From the NCBI RefSeq assembly GCF_036323395.1, contig NZ_AP028907.1:1620001-1652000 (forward strand): a stretch of 32,000 nt of DNA, in the 5' to 3' direction. Source of the stretch: Pyrodictium abyssi (lineage in GTDB: Archaea; Thermoproteota; Thermoprotei_A; Sulfolobales; Pyrodictiaceae). Under the pieces are notes generated by a model. The model worked only from the letters and a program-made list of their open reading frames with translations, was not told the origin of the DNA and did not search any database. Position 1 is the first letter of the stretch. Each line of letters opens with the position of its first letter. A program made the translations under genes and the position numbers. Of this stretch, positions 17,278 to 25,225 are shown one piece after another.

Positions 17278-18132
17278 CTAGCGGCGTGCCAGCTCGAGCA
17301 GGTAGTCCACTATCTCGGCGGCCACGTCCACACCGGTAACAGCGACGGTGTTCTTGAACTCCGGTACCGGGTTCACCTCGTTAACGATGTAGCCGCGCTC
17401 CGGGTCCTCGAACACGTCTACTCCCGCGACCTCGAGGCCCACAGCCTCGGCTGCGCGTACAGCTAGCTCGCCTAGCTCGCCCTCGGTGGGTGCTGGCTCG
17501 GCCTTGCCGCCGCGAGCAGTATTGGTTATCCAGTGGCTGGAGTAGCGGTAGATCGCGGCCACAGGCCTACCGCCGACCACAGTGACCCGTATATCCCGGC
17601 CGGGCTTCTTGACGTACTCCTGGATGAGGTGCACCTTCATCTCGGGCTGCGGCATGTACTCCCGGTGCTCCAGTATCACGCGGAGGTCCTCCCAGTCGTC
17701 GGCCAGGGCTAGCATCCTGCCCCAGCTACCGTTCGTCGGCTTGACCACCACAGGATAGCCTATCTCCTCAGCCAGCTTGCTGGCAGCATCGGAGCCGAAT
17801 GCCACACCGGTGACCGGCGTCGGGACGCCAGCAGCTGCTAGCAGGGAGAGGCTCCACACCTTGTCGTTAGCGGCTGCTGTTGCCTGGCCCCGGTTGACGA
17901 CGCGTACCCCGAGGCTCTCGAGCAGCAGCGTCGAGGAGAGGGCCACGTAGTGGCTTATACTCCTCTGAAGCACTACGCTCGGCAGCTTGGCGCCGAGCCC
18001 CCGGTCGCCTATTATGGCGTAGAAGCTCGGCATGTGTAGCAGCTCTAGCTCCGCGCCACGGCTCCTAGCAGCCGAGACTATTGCCTTCTCCTCCCACCGC
18101 GCCACCATGTACGCCATGCCTATCCTGGGCAA
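17278..18132 (-). CDS. lysX: RimK-type ATP-grasp ligase, LysX/ArgX (attaches an amino acid to the LysW C-terminus)
   Basis: It reads MPRIGMAYMVARWEEKAIVSAA..., GYPVVVKPTNGSWGR, IQEYVKKPGRDIRVTVVGG and VAGVDVFEDPERGYIVNEVNPVPEF. It is adjacent to lysW. This is the only such ligase in the window, so LysX versus ArgX specificity cannot be decided. Confidence 0.9.
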   Translation of the reverse strand: MPRIGMAYMVARWEEKAIVSAARSRGAELELLHMPSFYAIIGDRGLGAKLPSVVLQRSISHYVALSSTLLLESLGVRVVNRGQATAAANDKVWSLSLLAAAGVPTPVTGVAFGSDAASKLAEEIGYPVVVKPTNGSWGRMLALADDWEDLRVILEHREYMPQPEMKVHLIQEYVKKPGRDIRVTVVGGRPVAAIYRYSSHWITNTARGGKAEPAPTEGELGELAVRAAEAVGLEVAGVDVFEDPERGYIVNEVNPVPEFKNTVAVTGVDVAAEIVDYLLELARR

Positions 18133-18275
18133 CCCTGTGTCTACCCCCAGTCTAACGGCTCCGTGCCGGGTGGTGCGACCCTACTATGCAGGGAGTGGTG
18201 CCCGGAGAACCCCGGGCCCCGGGAAAACACGAGGGGTAAGCGCGGCGGGGCTCCATCCCCGGCCCTGGGCGGGGG

Positions 18276-18449
18276 CTACTCGCCCCAGTCCTCGCCGACG
18301 CCCTCGAAGGGCTTCAGCTCGAAGCTCCCGTCGTCCTTCTTGACCACCTCTAGGGTTACGCCGCAGTCGTGGTCTATCAGCTCGCCGGGCATAGCGTCGT
18401 CTGGTACCTCTACGGGGCCTCCGCATACGGGGCACTTTAGTGTGGGCAT
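18276..18449 (-). CDS. lysW: amino-group carrier protein LysW
   Basis: It is 57 aa: MPTLKCPVCGGPVEVPDDAMPGELIDHDCGVTLEVVKKDDGSFELKPFEGVGEDWGE. It has an N-terminal CPVC zinc-ribbon element and the characteristic C-terminal EDWGE. The track ORF starts 3 codons earlier (18458). Confidence 0.9.
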   Translation of the reverse strand: MPTLKCPVCGGPVEVPDDAMPGELIDHDCGVTLEVVKKDDGSFELKPFEGVGEDWGE

Positions 18450-18546
18450 CCCGGGCAACCCCGGGCTGGCCGGGCAGAGCCCTAGCCCTAATAATGCTGT
18501 CCTTTTTCGTGCAGTGCTGATTCATTTACCAGTCGTCTCGGTATCC

Positions 18547-18677
18547 GCACCAGGTGATGAGGCGGTACTCCTCTCCCCAGGCCTTGGTGGGGCTGGACTA
18601 AACCGGGTGCATGGTTGGAACCCGTCAAGTAGCACCAGACGGTTCTCCGTGTAACACCTGGTGCTATGGACGGAGCC
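18547..18677 (+). promoter_or_regulatory. structured/repeat element in the lysW-lysY divergent intergenic region
   Basis: gcaccaggtg (18547-18556) is the exact reverse complement of cacctggtgc (18655-18664). A second gcaccag copy lies at 18632-18638. Internal hairpins are gagg/cctc (18559-62/18570-73), cccca/tgggg (18575-79/18588-92) and cgggt/acccg (18604-08/18620-24). A competing stem is ctccgt/acggag (18645-50/18670-75). Strand and function are unknown. Confidence 0.3.
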
Positions 18678-18749
18678 TGTCTTCGCGGTGGTGCGGTGGG
18701 CGTACCAGACCCCTAAAACCCCCTGGCTCCACTGGCCCCTGGCCCTGGG

Positions 18750-19820
18750 GTGCTGTGGCAGGTGGCTTACCAGGTCGCAGTGCTCGGCGCCTCAGGCTAC
18801 ACGGGCGGCGAGCTACTGAGAATACTCGCGCTACACCCCGAAGCCGAGGTCGTGGTAGCAACGTCTAGGGAGTACGCCGGGAAGCCGATACACTTTGTCC
18901 ACTTCAACCTCCGCGGCTGGTACCGGGGGCTAAGGTTCACCCCATTCAGCGTAGACGCGGTCCTCAAGAAGGAGGTCGACGTTGTGTTCTCTGCGCTCCC
19001 CCACGGCGTCGGGATAGAGTACACCAAGACCTTCTACGAGTCCGGGCTCACCGTGGTGGACCTCAGCGCTGACTACCGTCTCAAGGACCCAGAGGCCTAC
19101 AAGAGGTGGTACGGGTTCGAGCACCCCTACCCAGACCTCCTAGAGAAGGCTGTCTACGGGCTCCCCGAGCTGCACCGCGACGAGCTCAAGGGGGCCCGGC
19201 TTATAGCGTCTCCAGGTTGCAACGCCACGGCGGCGATACTAGCATTAGCACCGCTCGTCAAGGAGAAGCTCATAGACACGAGCAGGATACTCGTAGACGT
19301 GAAGGTCGGTAGCAGCGAGGGAGGCTCAAAGCCCACGCGGGGCAGCCACCACCCCGAGAGGGAGAACGCGATAAGGCCCTACGAGCCCCGGGGTCACCGC
19401 CACGCCGCCGAGGCCGAGCAAGAGCTATCCAGGCTAGCTGGCGCCCAGGTAAGGGTCTCCCTTGTGCCCCACGCGGTCTCCGCGATAAGAGGCGCGCTCG
19501 CCAGCGGCCACGCCTGGCTAGCAAGAGAAGCCGACGAGAAGACATTGCTCCGCGTCTACGCCAGCTTCTACCGTGAGAGCCCCTTCGTACGCATAGTTTA
19601 CGGCACGCCGCCCGGCTACCCTGACCCCAAGTACGTGGCTGGCAGCAACTACGCAGACGTAGGCTTCGCGGTAGAGGAGAGACTGGGTAGAGTAACAGGC
19701 TTCGCGGCCATAGACAACCTGGTTAAGGGCGCAGCGGGCCAAGCTGTGCAGGCCTGGAACCTGGCTGTGGGTCTCCCCGAGGACACGGGGCTAAGGATAC
19801 TCCCGCTCAAGCCGGCCTAG
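18750..19820 (+). CDS. lysY: [LysW]-aminoadipyl/glutamyl-phosphate reductase (ArgC/LysY)
   Basis: It reads VAVLGASGYTGGELLRILALHPE, active-site SPGCNATA, and C-terminal IDNLVKGAAGQAVQ. The start is GTG 18750 or, more likely, GTG 18762. Confidence 0.9.
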   Translation: MLWQVAYQVAVLGASGYTGGELLRILALHPEAEVVVATSREYAGKPIHFVHFNLRGWYRGLRFTPFSVDAVLKKEVDVVFSALPHGVGIEYTKTFYESGLTVVDLSADYRLKDPEAYKRWYGFEHPYPDLLEKAVYGLPELHRDELKGARLIASPGCNATAAILALAPLVKEKLIDTSRILVDVKVGSSEGGSKPTRGSHHPERENAIRPYEPRGHRHAAEAEQELSRLAGAQVRVSLVPHAVSAIRGALASGHAWLAREADEKTLLRVYASFYRESPFVRIVYGTPPGYPDPKYVAGSNYADVGFAVEERLGRVTGFAAIDNLVKGAAGQAVQAWNLAVGLPEDTGLRILPLKPA

Positions 19821-19866
19821 CGGCGCCTGAAGGCGAAAGGCGGAGAAGAGGGGGTGGGCCCAGGAG

Positions 19867-20688
19867 ATGGTCACGATAGTGGTCAAGGCGGGTGGCCGCG
19901 CACTGATGAACAACCTGGAGAACATAGTCTCCTCCGTAGCGGCCGCCGCCCAGCAGGGCCACCGCCTGGTCTTCGTCCACGGCGGCGGCGACCTCGTAAC
20001 CGAGTACGAGAAGCGGCTAGGGATAGAGCCCCGGTTCGTAGTCAGTCCCCAGGGCATCCGGAGCCGCTACACCACCGAGGAGGAGCTCGAGGTGTTCGTA
20101 ATGGTGCTCGGCGGGCTCCTCAACAAGCGCATCTGCAGCCGCCTAGCAGCGCTCGGCGCGAAGCCGGTAGGCCTAACCGGCGTGGACGGGCTCGTACTCC
20201 GGGCTGAGAGGAAGAAGAGGATAGTGATACTCGACCCCGAGACCGGGAGGAAGCGCGTAGTACCGGGCGGCTATACCGGCAGGATAACCAGCGTCAACAA
20301 GGACTTCCTCTGGAGGTTCCTAAGCGACGGTTACACCCCGGTAATGGCGCCAATAGCCTACGACCCCGGCGAGGGCGTGCTCCTCAACGTCGACGGAGAC
20401 CAGGCGGCAGCACGCGTAGCAGGCGCCCTCCCCGCAGACGCGCTCATAATACTCACCGATGTCGATGGCCTAATACTCGACGGGAAGGTCGTGGAGAGGC
20501 TCACCACGAGCGAGGCTGAGAAGCTCCTAGAGGAAGGCCGGATAGGCCCCGGGATGAACAGGAAGATACACGAGATAATCCGTGCAATAGACCAGGGCGT
20601 CAAGTACGCCGTGATAACGAATGCTGCCCAGCCCGACCCTGTGCAGAGAGGCCTAGAGGGCCACGGCACTGTGATAGAGCAGGGCTAG
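19867..20688 (+). CDS. lysZ: [LysW]-aminoadipate/glutamate kinase (ArgB/LysZ, amino-acid kinase family)
   Basis: It reads MVTIVVKAGGRAL, LVFVHGGGDLV, NVDGDQAAARVAGAL, ILTDVDGL and GPGMNRKI. Confidence 0.9.
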   Translation: MVTIVVKAGGRALMNNLENIVSSVAAAAQQGHRLVFVHGGGDLVTEYEKRLGIEPRFVVSPQGIRSRYTTEEELEVFVMVLGGLLNKRICSRLAALGAKPVGLTGVDGLVLRAERKKRIVILDPETGRKRVVPGGYTGRITSVNKDFLWRFLSDGYTPVMAPIAYDPGEGVLLNVDGDQAAARVAGALPADALIILTDVDGLILDGKVVERLTTSEAEKLLEEGRIGPGMNRKIHEIIRAIDQGVKYAVITNAAQPDPVQRGLEGHGTVIEQG

Positions 20689-20890
20689 CAGCGGGGGACG
20701 TCTCTAGGAAGACGAGCGGGCTTGGGGTTCGGCTGTCCCTCGCCCACCTCATAGCCCCGCCCGGGGGCTCAGCGGCCCATCAGGGTGGCTGCAGCCGTCC
20801 ACACCCCGGGTTACTATTGTAAATACCGTACCCCTTCCTCTTCATACCCGCGGGTTTTAGGCCTGCTGTGGAGCCCCCTGGGCGCGCATA

Positions 20891-20917
20891 CTCCTCGTCG
20901 AGGAGAGTCTAAAACAT
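20891..20917 (-). terminator. possible sufD terminator (T4 tract plus hairpin)
   Basis: On the minus strand the TAA stop is followed by ATGTTTTAGACT. The near-palindrome ctcctcgtcgaggag (20891-20905) comes next. The evidence is weak because the T tract is short. Confidence 0.3.
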
Positions 20918-22099
20918 TTAAAACAGGCGGGTTATTATCTCCTCCACTGTCTTCTCGGCCTTGTCCGAGAGCTTCTCCAGGTGCTGGGTTGTCGTGCGGA
21001 GCCTCTCTGCCAGCAGCAGCTCCAGGGCCTCGGCCTCGCTTAGCCCGCGGCTCTGGAGGTAGAAGAGCTGCTCGCTGGAGATGCGGTACTGTGCAGCATG
21101 GTGGCTAGCGTGCTCCACGTCCCCAGTGTCTATCTCCATGAGGGGCATAGTGTAGCCTCGGGCACGGTCACCCACTATTAGCACCTCGGCCTCGAAGCTA
21201 GCGCTGCTGCCGCGCGCAGTCTCGCGGATGCTAGCCACACCGCGTGCAGCCACTAGGCTCTCGTCTAGCGCGAACCCGTACACCCTTACGCTGCTCTTGC
21301 TCCTGGGGCCCTGGTGTGTCGTGTCCGCTATGATGTCCAGCCTCTGGCTCCCAGTCGCCACCCCGGCGCCCCGGTGCACTAGGCTAGCGTTACCGGCTAG
21401 CAGGGTCTCCTCCTCAACGCGGTGCATAGCCGAGCCAAGGGCTATTGTGGCTGAGCGAAGCCTGGCGCCCTCCAGGACTAGGCGGCGCCCGATGAGCGCG
21501 TGCGCAGCGCCCTCCGGGGCCCGGACTATGGTCAGCACTTCTAGGCTAGAGCCCTCGCCTACCAGCAGCTCCACGGCCGTGGAGCCCCCAGCTGACGGCC
21601 GTATGTCGAGTAGCAGCCCAGCCTCTACGCCTGGCCTGGCGACCACTACTAGGTGGCTGCTACCCCAGGCGCCGCGGGGCCCACAGACTGCTACACGGTA
21701 GGCCCCGGGCTCACGTATCTCGAGCACATAGGCTTCCTCCAGGAACGCGTAGTGGGCAGCGGTGAGCCGCGTCTCGTCAACCCGCAGCATTGAGGCAAAG
21801 AACCCGGCTAGCTCCCTGGGCGCCTCCTCCAGCCGGTACACCTGGAGCCCGCTGGCCGCGGGACCCCCGGTGCACGCGCCAACGGCTGCATCGTAGCCCT
21901 CTAGCCCCTTCTGCTCTGGCGCTCTGCCCCCGGCCTGCTGGAGAGCTGCTGCTAGCTGCTTCTCGAACAGCCTCCAGTCAGTGTAGTACTTCGTAGTAGG
22001 GGAGTCTGCTAGGTGCTGCCAGGGTAGCTTGTCGAGCAGCTCCCTGGCCCGGCGTCTAAGCTCCTCTAGGCTCTTCTCCACCTGCTCCTGCCTAGACAT
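20918..22099 (-). CDS. sufD: Fe-S cluster assembly protein SufD
   Basis: It is 393 aa and last in the sufC-sufB-sufD order. It has a SufB/D-type beta-helix C-terminal region (...HQGPRSKSSVRVYGFALDESLVAARG...EAEVLIVGDRARGYTMPLMEIDTGDVEHASHHAAQYRISSEQLFYLQSRGLSEAEA). Confidence 0.85.
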   Translation of the reverse strand: MSRQEQVEKSLEELRRRARELLDKLPWQHLADSPTTKYYTDWRLFEKQLAAALQQAGGRAPEQKGLEGYDAAVGACTGGPAASGLQVYRLEEAPRELAGFFASMLRVDETRLTAAHYAFLEEAYVLEIREPGAYRVAVCGPRGAWGSSHLVVVARPGVEAGLLLDIRPSAGGSTAVELLVGEGSSLEVLTIVRAPEGAAHALIGRRLVLEGARLRSATIALGSAMHRVEEETLLAGNASLVHRGAGVATGSQRLDIIADTTHQGPRSKSSVRVYGFALDESLVAARGVASIRETARGSSASFEAEVLIVGDRARGYTMPLMEIDTGDVEHASHHAAQYRISSEQLFYLQSRGLSEAEALELLLAERLRTTTQHLEKLSDKAEKTVEEIITRLF

Positions 22100-22132
22100 G
22101 GCGTCCCCACTCTCCGGCTCCTCCTGGATGCT

Positions 22133-23563
22133 TTAGCCTAGGGCGCCGTACTCACTGAACTCGAGCTCGATGACCTTGGAGAGTATGCCTAGAAGCTCCA
22201 TGGGCAGCGCCTTTAACGCGTCCTGGATGAAGCCGAGCACTATCATCGCCTTCGCCTCGCCCTCGCTTAGGCCGCGGCTGTTCATGTAGAATAGCTGGTC
22301 CTCGCCTAGCCTGCCCACGCTAGCCTCGTGCGTCACCTCGGCAGTGGGCTCGTCGACCTCGTTCCTGGGGTAGGTGTATGCCTTGCTCCGCTCGTCCAGG
22401 ACCAGGCTGTCGCACTGCACGTGGCTCACGCTACGGTAGGCGCCACGGTTCACGCGGACTAGGCCCCGGTAGACGGAGAGGCCGCCGTTGCTGGATATGC
22501 TCTTCGAGATTATCACGCTCCTCGTGTCTGGCGCCGCGTGTATCGCCTTACCACCCGTGTCCTTGATGTAGGGGCCGTTCGCTATGGTTACGGAGACGTT
22601 CCGCGTAGACGCGCCGCGGCCACGGAGTATGGTTGTCGGGTAGGTGTATGTTATCCTGCTCCCTATACTCCCCTCTAGCCACTCTACGTGCGCGCCCTCC
22701 TCGGCTATAGCGCGCTTGTTGTTGAAGTTTATGATGTTCCTGCTCCAGTTCTGCACCGTGTAGAAGTGCACCCGGGCGCCACGGTGCGCGTAGATCTCCA
22801 CCATGCCGTCGTGGAAGCTGAACCCCTTGAGCATGGGGGCTGCGCAGCCCTCTATGAACTCTATGTAGCTGTTCTTCCCCGCCACGAGCAGTGTGTGCTC
22901 GAACTGGCCCTCCAGCTCGCTGCCTATGAAGAAGAACGCCTCCAGAGGCTGCGTGAGCCTAACGCCGGGCGGCACGTAGACGAAGGCGCCGCCGCTCCAC
23001 AGCGCGTGGTGCAGCGCGGCGAACTTGTGGTCAGAGGCGGGGAAGACCCTGCCAAAGTACTGCTTAACCAGGTCAGGGTAGCGCTTCACAGCCTCCTCCA
23101 TAGGTAGCAGTATCACACCCTTCTCCTGGAGCTCCTTCTTCACCAGGTTCAGCACAGCCTCGCTGTCGAAGACAGCAGTGAGCCCCGATAGTAGCCTCGC
23201 CTCAGCCTCCGGCAGCCCGAGCTTCGCGTAGTACTCCTTCATCCAGCCTGGGAGGTCCTCCCAGCTCTCCGCCTTTTCAGCCTTAGGCTTCACGTAGGCC
23301 GCTATCTCCTCCAGGTCTATCTCCTCGATACCGACGACCCAGCGGGGCATAGGCAGCTTGTAGAACAGCTCCAGGGCGCGGAGCCTTAGGCGGCGCATCC
23401 AGTCGGGCTCCTTCTTGACACGGGATATCTCCTCCACGAGGCTCCTCTCGATACGGCCCCTTATCTCTATCTCCTTCGGGTACGGCTTCTGGAAGCCCAG
23501 CAGCTCCTCGACACTATGGGCTCCCAGCACCTCCCTTAGAGGCGCGGGGCGTACACCAGCCAT
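22133..23563 (-). CDS. sufB: Fe-S cluster assembly protein SufB
   Basis: It is 476 aa and reads FEHTLLVAGKNSYIEFIEGCAAP, NWSRNIINFNNKRA, KAIHAAPDTRSVIISKSIS and HEASVGRLGEDQLFYMNSRGLSEGEAKAMIVLGF. Confidence 0.95.
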   Translation of the reverse strand: MAGVRPAPLREVLGAHSVEELLGFQKPYPKEIEIRGRIERSLVEEISRVKKEPDWMRRLRLRALELFYKLPMPRWVVGIEEIDLEEIAAYVKPKAEKAESWEDLPGWMKEYYAKLGLPEAEARLLSGLTAVFDSEAVLNLVKKELQEKGVILLPMEEAVKRYPDLVKQYFGRVFPASDHKFAALHHALWSGGAFVYVPPGVRLTQPLEAFFFIGSELEGQFEHTLLVAGKNSYIEFIEGCAAPMLKGFSFHDGMVEIYAHRGARVHFYTVQNWSRNIINFNNKRAIAEEGAHVEWLEGSIGSRITYTYPTTILRGRGASTRNVSVTIANGPYIKDTGGKAIHAAPDTRSVIISKSISSNGGLSVYRGLVRVNRGAYRSVSHVQCDSLVLDERSKAYTYPRNEVDEPTAEVTHEASVGRLGEDQLFYMNSRGLSEGEAKAMIVLGFIQDALKALPMELLGILSKVIELEFSEYGALG

Positions 23564-23569
23564 ACCGTG

Positions 23570-24331
23570 TCACCTCTCTTGGCCGTTGCCTGTGTAGGCC
23601 CGGTAGCCCTCCTGCTCGATCCTCCTAGCTAGCTCTGGGCCGCCCTCGTCCACTACACGGCCGTTGACCAGCACCACTACGTGGCTCGGCTCGACGAACT
23701 GGAGTATCCTCGCGTAGTGGGTTATCACGAGGACGCCAGCGCCCTGCTCCACTAGCTCGCGGATAGCACCGGCAATGACGCGTACGCCGTCCACGTCGAG
23801 GCCGCTATCCGGCTCGTCGAGGACTACGTAGCGGGGGCGGAGCAGGAGGAGCTGGAGCATCTCAGCCCTCTTCCGCTCGCCGCCGCTGAAGCCTACGTTG
23901 ACCTCCCTCTGCAGCATATCGGGGCGGAGCCCTAGCCGCTCGGCCAGCTCCCTAGCCTGCTTGAGCAGCTCGGGCCGCGGCATGCCTATGAGCCGCTCGT
24001 CGACGCCGAAGCGCCGGTTATACGCCGCTGCTATGAAGTTTATGAAGCGTACACCCGGCACCTCTACGGGGTTCTGGAAGCCGAGCATTAGCCCGCGGCG
24101 GGCCCTCTCGTGGGGAGGGAGCCCGGTGACGGGCTCGCCGTCTAGGAGCACCTCGCCGCTCTCGACACGGTAACGCGGGTGACCCATCAGGGTATAGGCT
24201 AGCGTAGTCTTACCGCTGCCGTTGGGCCCCATAAGCGCTACTATGCTGCCCGGGGGAACCTTGATATCTACTCCACGGAGTATAGTCTTGCCCTCGGGGC
24301 CTGCGACCAGGCCTCTAGCCTCTAGCGCCAA
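23570..24331 (-). CDS. sufC: Fe-S cluster assembly ATPase SufC
   Basis: Walker A GPNGSGKTTLAY, signature FSGGERKRAEMLQLL and Walker B VVLDEPDSGLDVD are present. TTG start at 24331, preceded by AAAGGTGGGTG. A TATA-like gcttatagcc (minus strand) lies about 40 nt upstream. Confidence 0.95.
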   Translation of the reverse strand: MALEARGLVAGPEGKTILRGVDIKVPPGSIVALMGPNGSGKTTLAYTLMGHPRYRVESGEVLLDGEPVTGLPPHERARRGLMLGFQNPVEVPGVRFINFIAAAYNRRFGVDERLIGMPRPELLKQARELAERLGLRPDMLQREVNVGFSGGERKRAEMLQLLLLRPRYVVLDEPDSGLDVDGVRVIAGAIRELVEQGAGVLVITHYARILQFVEPSHVVVLVNGRVVDEGGPELARRIEQEGYRAYTGNGQER

Positions 24332-24570
24332 AACCCGGCACCCACCTTTATCACCTGTTAAAGAAGCGGGCTATAAGCATACCGGTATAGTCGGAGACCA
24401 CGACGTGGAAAACCCAGCACAATGCTGTGCTACTTCTAGACTCGGAGGCACAACAGCTGCTAGTAGCCTACAGTACAGCCGCTGTAAGCAGCTTTAGGCC
24501 CCGCCCTTGAAGAAGCAGTGCGTCCAGTACAGTGGCTGAACAACGTCCATAAACTCGGCATGAGGTAAGA

Positions 24571-24598
24571 TTACTATAATATACTATAATATACTATA
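24571..24598. repeat. tandem decamer repeat TACTATAATA x2.8
   Basis: The sequence tactataata tactataata tactatag is read directly at 24571-24598. It lies inside the 423-nt A/T-rich spacer between sufC (24331) and gene 24755. Confidence 0.9.
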
Positions 24599-24754
24599 GC
24601 TGCTATACGCGGTTTATCTATCATCCACTTGCTCGGCATAGCTATTAGCTACAAAGTCTAGTACTTCACATCTATAAACAGATATTCCGAAAAGACATCC
24701 GGGCAGCAGAGTTATATAGCAGAACCGTGGCCGCTACAGCACCCCTGAAGAGCA

Positions 24755-25225
24755 ATGCAGCGCCAGCAGCCAGCTAGGCGCAGAGCAACCATACCGGGCC
24801 CAGCCACCAGCGGGAGCCAGAGCCCGCCACACACCCCAGGAGGGCACAGCCACCTGCTATTCTACGCGCTACTAGTCTTCACGATACTTCACATAGCAGA
24901 CATGTACACCACGCTACTCTGCATAGAGAGCGGTGTAGGAGTAGAAGCCAACACAATAGCAGCACTCTTCGCCTCAAGCCCGCTAGGCCTACTACTCTTC
25001 ACCATGCTGGGCCTAGCCGCGTTCACGGGCCTAACACTAGCAGCAATGCTCTACATGGAGAAGTACCAAAGCTTCCCCCTAGCCAGGCCCATAGGCTACG
25101 CCGTGGTATATGCGCACGTCCTAGGCAAGCTGGTCACAGTAGCCAACAACACCCTAGTCTACCTAGGCCACCCAGGGCTGAAAGCGCCACCACCCATCTC
25201 CTTCTTCCTAGTGACAACCACATAG
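24755..25225 (+). CDS. small multi-pass membrane protein (DUF5658-like)
   Basis: Three to four hydrophobic segments are present. The motif ILHIADMYTTLLCIESGVGVEANTIAALF fits the D..T...E.N pattern I associate with DUF5658. The N-terminal 35 aa are Pro/Arg/Gln-rich. TATA-like ttatatag lies at 24712-24719. Confidence 0.5.
   Translation: MQRQQPARRRATIPGPATSGSQSPPHTPGGHSHLLFYALLVFTILHIADMYTTLLCIESGVGVEANTIAALFASSPLGLLLFTMLGLAAFTGLTLAAMLYMEKYQSFPLARPIGYAVVYAHVLGKLVTVANNTLVYLGHPGLKAPPPISFFLVTTT

Noticed and set aside
18553-18560. GUGAUGA (C-box-like) at 18554-18560 as the start of a C/D box sRNA.
   Set aside because: No CUGA D or D' box follows within the next 110 nt on that strand. The sequence before the 3' strand of the closing helix (GUGUAACA) cannot form the k-turn.
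24571-24598. Tandem repeat as a CRISPR array.
   Set aside because: The 10-nt units are directly abutting without spacers. No cas genes or longer repeats occur anywhere in the window.
24400-24750. A/T-rich spacer with repeats as a replication origin.
   Set aside because: I could not recognise ORB or mini-ORB-like inverted elements. There is no adjacent orc1/cdc6 gene. The repeats are a simple tandem decamer.
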